Shown here: positions 1 through 10,784 of the stretch, piece by piece
How the letters are laid out: each line of letters starts with the position of its first letter
How positions within the stretch are numbered: position 1 is the stretch's first letter
From: Malacoraja senta
Taxonomy: Eukaryota
Direction: 5' to 3'
Assembly: GCA_038087875.1 (NCBI GenBank)
Contig: CM075990.1
Span: forward strand, 3,908,001 to 3,972,000
DNA length: 64,000 bases
The notes under the pieces: model-generated
The model's database searches: none
What the model was told of the DNA's origin: nothing
What the model saw: only the letters and a program-made list of their open reading frames with translations
Made by a program: the position numbers and the translations under genes

Positions 1-319
1 GGCACATGGAAGTACCACCACTTGCAGATCTTCCAAGTCAAACTCGAGCTGATTATTGAAAATCAAAACTGCCAATGCGGGAAATCTAAAATGATAACAG
101 AAAATGCTGGAAATTCTCAGCAGGTCAGGCCACATCTGTGGGAAGAGACATAGTCAACGTTTATGGTTGAAGATCCTTTCAACAGAACTTGGAAAGAGAC
201 AAAAGTGCAGGTACCTAGTTTCCTTTAAAATGGCATCACAGGTAGATAAGGTAGTCGAGAAGGCTTTCAGTACATTGGTCTTCAGTAAAGGGATTGAATA
301 TAGAAGACAGGCACAACAT

Positions 320-562
320 GCCAGAGTAACTCAGCGGGACAGGCAGCATCTCTGGATGGAAGGAATGGGTGACGTTCCGGGTTGAGATCCTTCTTCAGAC
401 TGAAGAAGGGTCTCGACCCGAAATATCACTCGGTCTGAAGAAGCGTGTCGACCCGAAATGTCACCCACTCCTTCCCCAGAGATGGTGCTTATCCTGCTGA
501 GTTACTCCAGCGTTTTGTGTCTTATCTTCAGTCTCAACCAGCATTTGTAGTTCCTTCCTACA
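320..562. mobile_element. Penelope-derived short repeat, head-to-head inverted pair with hammerhead-like cores
   Basis: Palindromic centre CTTCTTCAGACTGAAGAAG (390-408) with mirrored GAGTAACTCAGC / GCTGAGTTACTC arms. The same module terminates the Penelope-like elements at ~28160 and ~61020. Confidence 0.7.
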
Positions 563-1020
563 CATATTGAATATAGAAGTTTGGATGTGTAGGAAAGAAC
601 TGCAGATGCCGGTTTAAATCGAAGGTGGACACAAAATGCTTGGGATGTGATGTTACAGCTGTACAAGATGTTGACGAGGTTGTATTTGGAGTACTGAGTT
701 CAGTTTTGATCACTCTGTTATAGGAAGAATGGTGTTACGCCGGAAAGAATGCAGAGATGATTTATGAGGATGTACCAGACTGAGCTCTAAGGAAATATTC
801 AGCAGGCTAGGACTTTATTCTTTGGAGCACAGGAGAATGTGGGCTCTTAGAGGTTCATACAATCATGAGAGGAATAGATAGGATAGGCACAGTCTTTTAC
901 TCGGAGCAGGGTAATCAAGAACAAGGGAATCTAGGTTTGTGAGAGGGGAAAGATTTGATAGGAACCAGAGGTGGGTGTATGGAAAATGCTGCCGGAGGTG
1001 GTAATTGAGGTAGGTACCAT

Positions 1021-1418
1021 CAAAGATCCTATAGCGGAGCAAGATAGACCACTCCTGCTAAATGCAATGGGCTGACGTGTAGTACGCAACTGAGCGGAAC
1101 GTGGGCATTTTTTTCATCCATTTCGTAACCCGACCCCACTCGCAGTGTAATCAACGTTGCGGGGGAACAGTTTGTGTTAATAAATTAAAATTCTGAAAAT
1201 GAAGAGAAGATTTTTACCAACTAACTTTTATTTTTATGAGGATGTTTCCGTAACCGGCTTCTGTCTCCGCACTAGTATCTTTGCTCCGCTATGGGATCTT
1301 TGGTGCGGAGACGGAAGCCGGTTACGGAAATGGGGCCTAAAATTACCCATGAATCCGCCCATGACCGTACTACGTATTTTTCGTCGAGTGGTCTGTCTTG
1401 CTTGCTGTAGGACCTTTG
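1021..1418. mobile_element. Non-autonomous hAT-type DNA transposon (MITE) inserted in a CR1-type LINE 3' fragment
   Basis: Imperfect ~33-bp TIRs (CAAAGATCCTATAGCGGAGCAAGATAGACCACTC / GAGTGGTCTGTCTTGCTTGCTGTAGGACCTTTG), CA..TG ends, exact 8-bp TSD GGTACCAT at 1013-1020 and 1419-1426. Confidence 0.85.
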
Positions 1419-1902
1419 GGTACCATAACAGCATTTAAAAGATATTTGGACAGATGCGTGGATAGCACCGGTTTTATTGGGATATGGGCCAAACGCATGC
1501 AGGTGGGACTAGTGTAGATGGGCATCTTGGTCGGCATGTGCAATTTGGGCCAAAGGGCCTGTTTCTGTGCTGTGTAACTCTATGATAAGCTTGTCAAGCT
1601 GTAGGGGTGTGGGCAGTAGAGTATGTCTCAGAGCAAAACAAGGATGTCTGGTCAATGAGAGCAGATAGTGAGTGAGAATGTAGACGTTGCAAAATGCAGA
1701 GCAGAAAGACATACATGGCAGGTCACACTAAGCATGTCCTTAACTTCAGAGAGGGGTGAACAAATGAGCTGAACCAGCTTTTAAGATAACCACTAATACA
1801 GACAGAGATCAAATTACCTGAAGTTGTAGAATTCAATTTTAATTCAATTTTCAATTCTGTAACTTCAGTTAACTTAATATCTGTCTGTATCAGTGACTGT
1901 AT

Positions 1903-2958
1903 GAGAGACAAAGAGTGGAAGACAATCGTAAGCTCCTTGAGTCAAGACATGGGGACTTTGGCAGTATACCTACGACAGTGGCGTCTAAAGCTGAGCGAAG
2001 GCAAAACAGTGTCAACAGCATTCCATCTAAACAAGCTAAGCAAGAGCTAGCTGTCTTCGTTAACAATTGGCGCTTGGACTTCTACCAAATACCAACTTAC
2101 CTCGGCGTAAAGCTGGACAGGTCGCTTACATTTCGTCAACACCTGGCTGGTCTCCACGACAAGGTCATGGCACTTGGCGGCCACATCCGACGCCTGGCAG
2201 GAACAAGTTGGGGAGCCAGCCCATCAACTCTTTGCACCTCTGCCTTAGCTCTTGCGTATGCCCCAGCTGAGTACTGCGCACCTGTATGGAGTAGAGGTAG
2301 ACATACTAGCCTGGTAGACACGAGCCTGAACAGCACCTTGCGAACCATCACTGGGTGCCTTCAACCTACTCCAGTCGAGCAGCTCCCTATATTTGTAGGC
2401 ATTCCGCCTGCAGGGATCCGAAGGCAAGCAGCAACTCTGGCACTATCTCGTCATGCCATGGACCCAGATCACCTCCTCCATCAGGCTATCAGCAGAGAGC
2501 AGAGGCCACCCCGACTGAAGTCCCGTCACCCCTTGGAAAACAACTCCTAGCATCCATCCAGCCAACTGAGACAAAAGCACACTGGATAGCCACCAAGTGG
2601 TCACAGGAGTGGAAGGCAACCTCATCTCCATTACATAGCTACATCCCCTCACCAGATAAAAGCTGTCCAGGGTCTGACCTCCCCAGAGGAGCATGGGTGA
2701 AGCTCAACAGACTCCATACTGGAGTTGGACATTTCAATGCCAGCATGTGGAGATGGCTCTGCCAGAGCCCAGCCTGTGAATGCGGAGCAGAACAACAGAC
2801 AACAAACCATGTCATCTCTGGGTGCCCACTTTACCACCCACCAAATGGAGCTCAGGCAGACATTGACGCCAACAGAGACGACAACCTGGCTGCTCAACAC
2901 CCGGCTTGAGATCTAACTATTCCTTGGATTTATTTATGTTTCATTCGTAAGAAGAAGA
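1903..2958 (+). mobile_element. 5'-truncated non-LTR retrotransposon (RT C-terminus plus CCHC knuckle), I-group/Vingi-like
   Basis: YLGVKLDRSLTF, AEYCAPVW, ITGCLQPTP, WVKLNRL and CECGAEQQTTNHVISGCP across two frames; (AAG)n tail; 11-bp TSD AGTGACTGTAT at 1892-1902 and 2959-2969. Clade assignment is from recall. Confidence 0.75.
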
Positions 2959-3540
2959 AGTGACTGTATCTGTGATACTGGCTCAGTTTGTGCTTTTCTA
3001 AAATCTCATGGAGTTGAGGGCATGCCCTGTCTGATAAACTGGGCATGTCTTTGTGCTCTACATTTAGCAACTTACATCCCTGTCTTTGCCTGCTCTCTAG
3101 CTGCTCCCATTTATTCATTGCTCTTGTGAACAGCCCTATGGTCACCCTAGATTTACCCTTTCAGACCTCCGCACCGTCCCTGCGAGTTACAAGCTTTTGT
3201 CTCCTTCCCATTTCTGACAAAGGGGCGTTGACTGTTTCTCTTCCCACACGTGCAGCCTGACAACCTCCAATGTGTCCAAATCCTGGAACACTACCCAACA
3301 GCGCTGTAAGAGCTGACACTGCCACAAGTCAAGAAGAGGCCTTATCCTCACCTTCACAAGGATGGATAGAGATGAGCAATAAGTACTGTGCTTGAGCAAC
3401 ACCCACATACCATAAAACAAGTCCATACACTTCCCTTTCCCCTGACTCTCAGTTTGAATGTTGTGCAGCCCACATTTTAAAGGAATTCTGCAAATGTTCT
3501 TTGGGACTTATCGTTGTTTTTATCTTGTGTTTTTGTTTAG

Positions 3541-3729
3541 GTGTGATGGGAGCTGTGGTTGCTCCAGTAACCCTTCTTGGTGGGCCTCTACTGCTCAGAG
3601 CAGCCTGGTACACGGCAGGTATTGTGGGAGGCCTGTCCACCGTCGCCATGTGTGCCCCGAGTGAAAAGTTCCTCAACATGGGTGGACCGTTGGCAATTGG
3701 GCTGGGACTGGTCTTTGCTTCATCCATAG
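3541..3729 (+). CDS. GHITM: GHITM (TMBIM5/MICS1) internal coding exon
   Basis: tttag acceptor and GTAAGT donor; encodes (G)VMGAVVAPVTLLGGPLLLRAAWYTAGIVGGLSTVAMCAPSEKFLNMGGPLAIGLGLVFASSI, a recognisable GHITM segment. Confidence 0.95.
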
Positions 3730-3820
3730 GTAAGTCACTCGGCTGCGATTGCTGCAACTCTTACTAAGATTCTAACCCATCTATGGCTCAACACTCATCT
3801 GTAACTTCTTGCGCTCTCAG

Positions 3821-3992
3821 GCTCGATGTTCCTGCCACCCACCTCCATATTGGGTGCTGGTATGTACTCCGTGGCCATCTACGGAGGTCTAGTGCTCTTC
3901 GGCATGTTCCTGCTGTATGACACCCAGAAGGTGATAAAGCGGGCTGAAAGCTACCCGGTTTATGGCGTTCAGAGATTTGATCCCATCAATGC
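3821..3992 (+). CDS. GHITM: GHITM penultimate coding exon
   Basis: ctctcag acceptor and GTAAGT donor; phase-compatible with the previous exon; (G)SMFLPPTSILGAGMYSVAIYGGLVLFGMFLLYDTQKVIKRAESYPVYGVQRFDPIN. Not in the ORF track. Confidence 0.95.
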
Positions 3993-5268
3993 GTAAGTAT
4001 GAAGTTCCTTTACATTCAAGGAATAAAATAACCTGTAGTTCATATCTTCAGAGCACTCTAGAGTGTTTCACAGCTCGTGAAGTAGCTGTGAGTGCCTTTT
4101 AGAATATGTGTACGAAGGAACTGCAGATGCTGGTTTAGGCTGAAATTGGACACAAAATGCTGGAGCAACTCTGCAGGTCAGAGCATCTCTGGAGAAAAGG
4201 AATAGGTGATGTTTTAGGTCGGAACCCTTCCTTAGACCTTTTAGAATAATTGTTCTGTTTGCTAACCTCTAATTCCCATGTCCATAAATCTGGGATTGTC
4301 CATAACTCCATCCTAATTTGCATCTCTTCCCACTCCTGTGTTTACTTGCCTTCAGTGAACCTTGAACCGTGTCCTTGAACCTTTTGAAAGATACAGCATG
4401 GAAACAAGCCCACCGAGTCCATGCCAACCATCGATCACCCATTCACACTTGTTCTACGTTATCCCTCTTTCTCATCCACTCCCACACTAGGGGCAATTAA
4501 GAGGCCACTTAACACACAAACCCAATCAATCGGGCAAGAAGGCAGTAACATCTCAGACAATTTATCTCCAAGAGTGTTGCCGAGTGTGTTTTATTGTCAT
4601 ATGCACTGAAACAGGACAATGAAACTTACTTGTAGCAGCACAACAGGGTTACAGTTCTCATATTTCTATACCTTCTTCCCGATGGCAGGAGTAAAATGAG
4701 AGCGTGGCCAGGTGGTGTGGGTCCTTGATGCTGAGGCTGCCTTTTTGAGGCAGAGTTTATCGCTTTGATGATAGGGGAGAGTCAGTACTTGTGATGGACC
4801 AGGCAGTGTCCACCTCTTTTTATAATCTTCCTTCTTGGGCATTCGAGTTGTTGAATCAGGCCATGATGCAACCAGTCAATATGATATCTACCGTACATTT
4901 ATGTTCAAGAGTATTCATCGATTAGCAAAACTCCATAATCTTCTGAGGAAGTAGAGGCGTTGATGGGCTTTCTTTATGATTGCATCAATGTGCTGGGACC
5001 AGGAGAGATGCACGCCTGTCTCCACACGTCCATGTGCCTATCTGTTTTGTAATCAAACCATTACAAAGTATTAGGTGAACCACAAAGCATTTATTAAAAC
5101 CCATGCAGAGGGAACAATACGTACTGTGAACCTCTGCCTAACCTGAAAGGACTGTCTGGGTCCCTGGAAAGAGTCGAGGGAGATGATATAGGGACAGGTG
5201 TTGCATCTTCTGTGGTCTTTGGAACCTATATCTGGTCTGTTGGCGTTAACATTTATTCCTCGTTGCAG

Positions 5269-5356
5269 ATGTATGGGGATTTACTTGGATACATTGAACA
5301 TCTTCATTCGAGTCGCGACTATACTGTCAAATAGTGGTGGCGGCAGAAATAAGTGA
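5269..5356 (+). CDS. GHITM: GHITM last coding exon
   Basis: ttgcag acceptor; (A)CMGIYLDTLNIFIRVATILSNSGGGRNK, stop TGA at 5354-5356; carries the TMBIM-family YLDxxNxF motif. Confidence 0.93.
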
Positions 5357-6340
5357 TGGGGAAGACTGCAACTGGATGGCGTGATGTGAAATGTATTGGT
5401 TGTGTGATCATCACTGGACTTCACTAATCAGACCTCTGCTGAGACAACTAATGCCTGGGCAACATTAGATTGACTTTGAGCAGCTTTGCACCTCTGTTCC
5501 GCAGCAAATAAAATTGAAGCCATAAAGGGAATATATTGTCTGTGTATAAAATAAAATTACCTTTCGCGCTGTAGTACTCCTTAATATTTGTATTTTGCTG
5601 CCATTTGTAAATGTTCAAAGAATCTTGATTTAATATCCTTCTAAGATGTATTTGTTGTATCTCACCAACTTGAGCAGAGGGTTTGATTTATGAATGTCAT
5701 TTCCTGAAGTTGAATATGCTGCTGGTTTGGCCATTCCACCTTTGGGCATGTGTTTGGTTCTAAGTTTCTATTCGATCCTTTGCACCAGTATGGTGTGGGT
5801 TCTAAGTAAGGTCCTTTGGCTTCTGAGAAATATTATTATTCCAGTTTTAAATAATTTGCATGGATAAATTGTGACATGTGACACCTGAATAATTTTGATT
5901 ACTGTGATTTGCATATTAATGCTATTTATTAATTCTTGGGTTCCATTTAGACAATAAATGTCAGCTTTTGGAAATATACAGAAATGGGGTATTGTTCTAA
6001 CCAAATCACTTGAACATCCTCCGTAATAAAACTATTATCATTTTTAGCAGTAATGGCCCTTGGATTAATGGCTCAGGCAGACACAGAGGACCAAGTCTTG
6101 GTTTGCAGGCCTTGTGTGCAAGTGTGAAGATTTGCCCATTCTGCCCGTATCAATGCCCTTTATTATGAGTGCAGGTAGTTCAGCCATAAGGCAATAGTGT
6201 TCCTAAGAAACCTAGTTATAGAAAATTAAGTTACAAGGACAATTGAGTCATTGGAGGGGGGAGGGGATTAGGGGCCATAGATTCTCCGACTTGCCATAAG
6301 GTTATTTTACATGGAGGATTTTCAAAAATAAAAGTTTTTA
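5357..6340 (+). other. GHITM: GHITM 3' UTR with several candidate AATAAA poly(A) signals
   Basis: AT-rich sequence with no recognisable repeat after the stop; AATAAA near 5507, 5550, 6024 and 6327. The true 3' end cannot be fixed from sequence. Confidence 0.6.
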
Positions 6341-6369
6341 AGAACAATAAGTTTATTTTTATTTTTACA

Positions 6370-6780
6370 AGTCAAGAGAGTTTATTGTCATATGTCCCAG
6401 ATAGGACAATGAAATTCTTGCTTTGCATCAGCACAACGGAATATAGTAGGCACGAATACAGAACATATATCAGTGAGTCCATACACAATTATATAAATAT
6501 ATACACACATCAATAAATAAGCAGATACAGTGCAAATAAACAGATAATGGTCTATTAGTGATCAGAGATTTGTTTCAGTTGAGTTTAATAGCCTGATGGC
6601 TGTGGGGAAGTAGCTGTTCCTGAACCTGGTCGTTGCAGTCTTCAGGCTCCTGTACCTTCTACCTGAAGGTAGTGGAGAGATGAGTGTGTGGCCCGGATGG
6701 TGTGGGTCCTTGATGATGCTGCCAGCCTTTTTGAGGCAGCGACTGCGATAGATCCCCTCGATGGTAGGGAGGTCAGAGGC
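6370..6780 (-). mobile_element. Rex1/Babar-type LINE 3' fragment
   Basis: Same 3' sequence type as the 15890-16340 copy (HP..H.F..LPSGRRYRS..T.R...SFFP on the minus strand). Similar fragments at ~4590-5010, 10200-10600, 19050-19520, 22280-22700 (+) and 29570-30070. Confidence 0.6.
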
Positions 6781-7651
6781 AGTTACTGAAAATCAAAAAT
6801 CTATATGTTACATTAATGATCACCACAGGAGGCAATTAACATTGAAAATGCAATCTATTAGCTTTAAGGGGAAGATGGGGAATGTTTAAAGGAGATGCAC
6901 AGGCAAGTTTTTTACACTGCTTAGTGCCTGGAGCATGTTGCATGGATGGCGGTGGAGGCCAATATGACTGGCTTTCAAGAAGCTTTCAGAGAAGAACAGG
7001 GAATGGAGAGATATTATTCATGTCCAGACAGGAGATTAACGTGGCATGTTTGGTGCAGACATTGTGAGCTAAAGGGCCTGTTCCAAGTCTGCTTTATGTT
7101 TCAGACCAAGTGCTGGCATCTCTTGCATGTAGTTGCACATAATTGGCTGAAGATGGTGCTGTGTGACCATGGATGGTAACTTTCAGGAGGGAGCCATTCG
7201 GTACCAGTTGGCTGATATTTTCACGTTAAGACATCAAATAAGCTCAATGATGCTCGTTGTTCTTTTGAGGAGTTACAACCCATCACATATTGGTGGCATG
7301 TGATGCAGCTGGCACAGCTACAGAGCAAATTAGACAATAGGTGCAGGAGTAGGCCATTCGGCCCTTCGAGCCAGCACTGCCATTCACTCTGATCATGGCT
7401 GATCATCCACATTCAGTATCCTGTTCCTGCCTTCTCCCCATATCCCCTGAAATTGCTAGAGGAAGTCAGTAAGTCAGGCAGCATTTGTGGTTATGTAAAA
7501 ATCTAGAGGCCATAGCTCTAAAGTGAGGGAAAACGTTTAATAGAGGTGTGCTGGGGAATTTTTTTAACAGGATAGCAGGTGCCTAGAATATGCTGCCTGG
7601 GGTGGTGGTGGAAAAAGATGCAATAGTGATTTTTAAGAGGCTTTTTTAAAT

Positions 7652-7940
7652 AGGGCGGCACAATGGTAGAGTTGCTGCCTTACAGCGCCAGAGACCCACA
7701 TTCGATCCTGATCATGGGTGCTGTCTGGATGGAATTTGTACATTCTCCCTGTGGCCACGTAGGTTTTCTCCGGATGCTCTGGTGTCCTGCGCTCGAGCGA
7801 TGTGCAGGTTTGTAGGTTAATTGGCTTCTGTAAATTGTCCCTAGTGTGTTGGATGCTGCTTGTGTGTGGGGTGGTTGCTGGTTGGCAAGGACTCTGAGCA
7901 GAAGGGCCTGTTTCCACGCTGTATCCCTAAAATCTAAAGA
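7652..7940 (+). mobile_element. tRNA-derived V-SINE (HE1-like), representative copy
   Basis: tRNA-like head with A/B boxes, V-domain-type core and CR1-like tail. Further copies at ~14705-15008(-), 18328-18625, 20783-21086, 21875-22145(-), 22775-23105, 24785-25095, 28442-28752, 36300-36740, 37448-37757, 37860-38185(-), 51125-51440, 51930-52200(-), 63600-63900. Confidence 0.8.
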
Positions 7941-9004
7941 TAGGCACAAGGATATGCAGGCAATGGAGGAATATGGACCACGTGCAGGTAGAAGGGATTA
8001 GTTTGACTCATGTTCAGCACTGACATTGTGGACCAATGGGCCTGTGCTGTCTTGTTCTGTGACTAATAACAATTTTCCCTATGACAGATACCAAAGACCC
8101 TCTGTAATGAATGCAATGGGATTTGTTTATCTGTTGAAGACAGTCACAGTTATAGAATTTACTAATTCCCTGGAAACCTATCTTCCCAGAGATGGGGGAT
8201 GAAGTATGAAACTTATGACTCAAGTTCCTCTCTCCATGGGTTGAAACCTCTTCCATAGAAACATAGAAAATAGGTGCAGGAGGAGGCCATTCGGCCCTTT
8301 GAGCCAGCACCGCCATTCATTGATCATGGCTGATCGTCCCCAACCAATAACCCGTGCCTGCCTTCTCCCCATATCCCTTGATTCCACCAGCCCCTAGAGC
8401 TCTATCTAACTCTCTCTTAAATCCATCCAGTGATTTGGCCTCCACTGCCCTCAGTGGCAGGGAATTCCACAAATTCAAAACTCTGGGTGAAAACTTTTTT
8501 TCTCACCTCAGTCCTAAATGGCCTCCCCTTTATTCTAAGACTGTGGCCTCTGGTTCTGGAGTCGCCCAGCAGATATGGCATCTGCTCTTAAAGCCTTAGT
8601 CGTCTTCAGTTGTCCTATTCCTTTGGCAGTTTGTCATTCAAGCAGAGATGAGACTGATCTCGGTAGGATGTTCAGCTGAGAAAACCTCTGTCATTTGTTC
8701 CTACTACCAGGTGCGGGCTGTATCCGTGCTGGATAAATCCACCACTATTCTTGACCCTCACTAAGAAAAAATGAATGAATAAGTTTATTAGCTAAGTGTT
8801 CACATACAAGGAATTTGCCTTGGTGCTCTGCCCGAAAGTGACAACGACATACAGTGACATAGGCCAGTTGGGCTGCAGATTTACTTGATTACACTACAGT
8901 TCCCACACAGGTTATGATTGTCAGTGAGTTGCTGGGCCTCAAGTGCACTTACCACCCCGACATCGGTTATGATCATGAATTTTTAATTTAGACCTTTATC
9001 TTAA

Positions 9005-9245
9005 AGTGTAGGACGGGACTGCAGATGCTGGTTTAAGCCGAAGATAGACACAAAATGCTGGAGAAACTCAGCGGGACAGGCAGCATCTCTGGAGAGCAGG
9101 AATGGGTGACGTTTCGGATCAAGACCCTTCAGATTGAAGAAGACTGACTGAAGAAGGGGTCTCGACCCAAAACATCACCCATTCCTTCTCTCCATAGATG
9201 CTGCCTGTCCCGCTGAGTTACTCCAGCATTTTGTGTCTATCTTTT
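9005..9245. mobile_element. Penelope-derived short repeat, inverted pair
   Basis: AGATAGACACAAAATGCTGGAG...GGGTGACGTTTCGG mirrored by ...CACCCATTCCTTCTCTCC...CCAGCATTTTGTGTCTATCT; arms of about 100 bp. Confidence 0.75.
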
Positions 9246-10026
9246 ATCTTAAGTGACTGTCAATAACTTTTCTGTCCCATAAAGCACGGTTCTACAATCT
9301 CGGTTCCCATTCTACAAACTCTTTACATTTGAGGTCTATTACCTCCTGAATATCTCAGTCAATCTCATCAAACGAATGTGTTTTCCAGCAGAGAAGCCAA
9401 GAGTGATTATAGTGGACCAGGGCCATCCAGTTGCTCTGCAGTTTCTGTAAATTAGCCTACAATCCTGCACGTCTTTAGAATGTGGGAGGAAACCGCAGCA
9501 TCTGGGCGAAGCCCACACGGTCACAGGAGGAACGTACTAGCCCCACACAGCCAACACCTGTAGTCAGAATTCAACCCGGGTCTCTGGCGTTGTAAGGTAG
9601 CAACTCTACTGGTGTTGCCACCGTGCCATCCTTGCGGCTCTTCTGCCACTGCAGCTTGAGTGCCAGGCCAACAAAGGTGCAGGGCAGATTATGCAGCAGT
9701 CAGGTTTTCTGCCATATCCATTGGAAGATGGTGGAAACAGGCCCTTCGGCCCCACCTGCCCACGCCGCCAAAATGACACAGCTACTCTAGTCCCACCTGT
9801 CCGTATTTAGCTCATATCCCTGCAAACCTGACCTGTCTTATCCATGTATCTTATCTGCAGATGAAGGCTGGAACTGGGACCAGTATTATTACCATGATGG
9901 TCATAGAACGATGCAGCAGGGGAACAGGTGCTACGGGGCTAGTCCCATTTGGACTGCGTTTGATGAGATTACCGAGTGTTACTGGACAAATGTCTTTTAA
10001 AAGTCATATTTGTATCCACATAAATG

Positions 10027-10100
10027 AGGCACCGCTGAGATTCGAACTCAGGATCTCCTGTTTACTAGACAGGCGCTTTAACCAACTAAGCCACGGCACC
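10027..10100 (-). tRNA. tRNA-Thr (anticodon AGT)
   Basis: Reverse complement GGTGCCGTGGCTTAGTTGGTTAAAGCGCCTGTCTAGTAAACAGGAGATCCTGAGTTCGAATCTCAGCGGTGCCT forms a full 74-nt cloverleaf. Anticodon arm CCTGT-CTAGTAA-ACAGG, intact A/B boxes, TTTT terminator ~25 nt downstream (+ strand AAAA 9999-10002). Confidence 0.95.
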
Positions 10101-10784
10101 TGCTTGCGACCATCTTGCTGCGAGAACAGGCTGTTATGATAAGACTATCTCCAAGCATTTTGTCAGGTGGAAAACACTGATGCATTAGCTTTCCTGACAC
10201 GATACGATAGAACTTTATTTATCCCAGGAGGGAAATTGACCTGCCAACAGTCATAAAACACGAAATAAATGGGACATGAAATTAAAGTGACGAAGGGAAA
10301 GGATTGGGGATGGGCAAAGATTGGGGAGGGGGGAGGGGCAGAGGCAGGGGGGGGGGGGTGGTCACTCAGTCTCAGTCTACCCCATGGTAGAAGGGAGAGA
10401 AGTAGTACAGTTTGATAGCCACAGGGAAGAAGGATCTCCTGTGGCATTCCTCATTGCATCTTGGTGGAACCAGTCTGTTGCTAAAGATATTCCTCAGTGT
10501 GTCACGGAGGGGATGAGCTGTATTGTCCAGGATGCTCCGACGTTTGAAGAGCATCCTCCCCTCTTCGCTGACCACACCAGAAGATCGCCCTCTCCTTGAC
10601 ACCAGCATTGAAGTTGCCCCTGAGGATCTGTGTATCTCTATGGGGGGGGGGGACTCTAAAGAGAGTTTTATGATGTCAAAAGAAACAGTAGGAAGGAGGA
10701 ACGGTCAGATTCCGAAGGAAAGTCAGAGCAACAGTGCAGATACAAGATGAAGTGAAAACAAGAGAGCTTTTTAAAAAATCGTAA

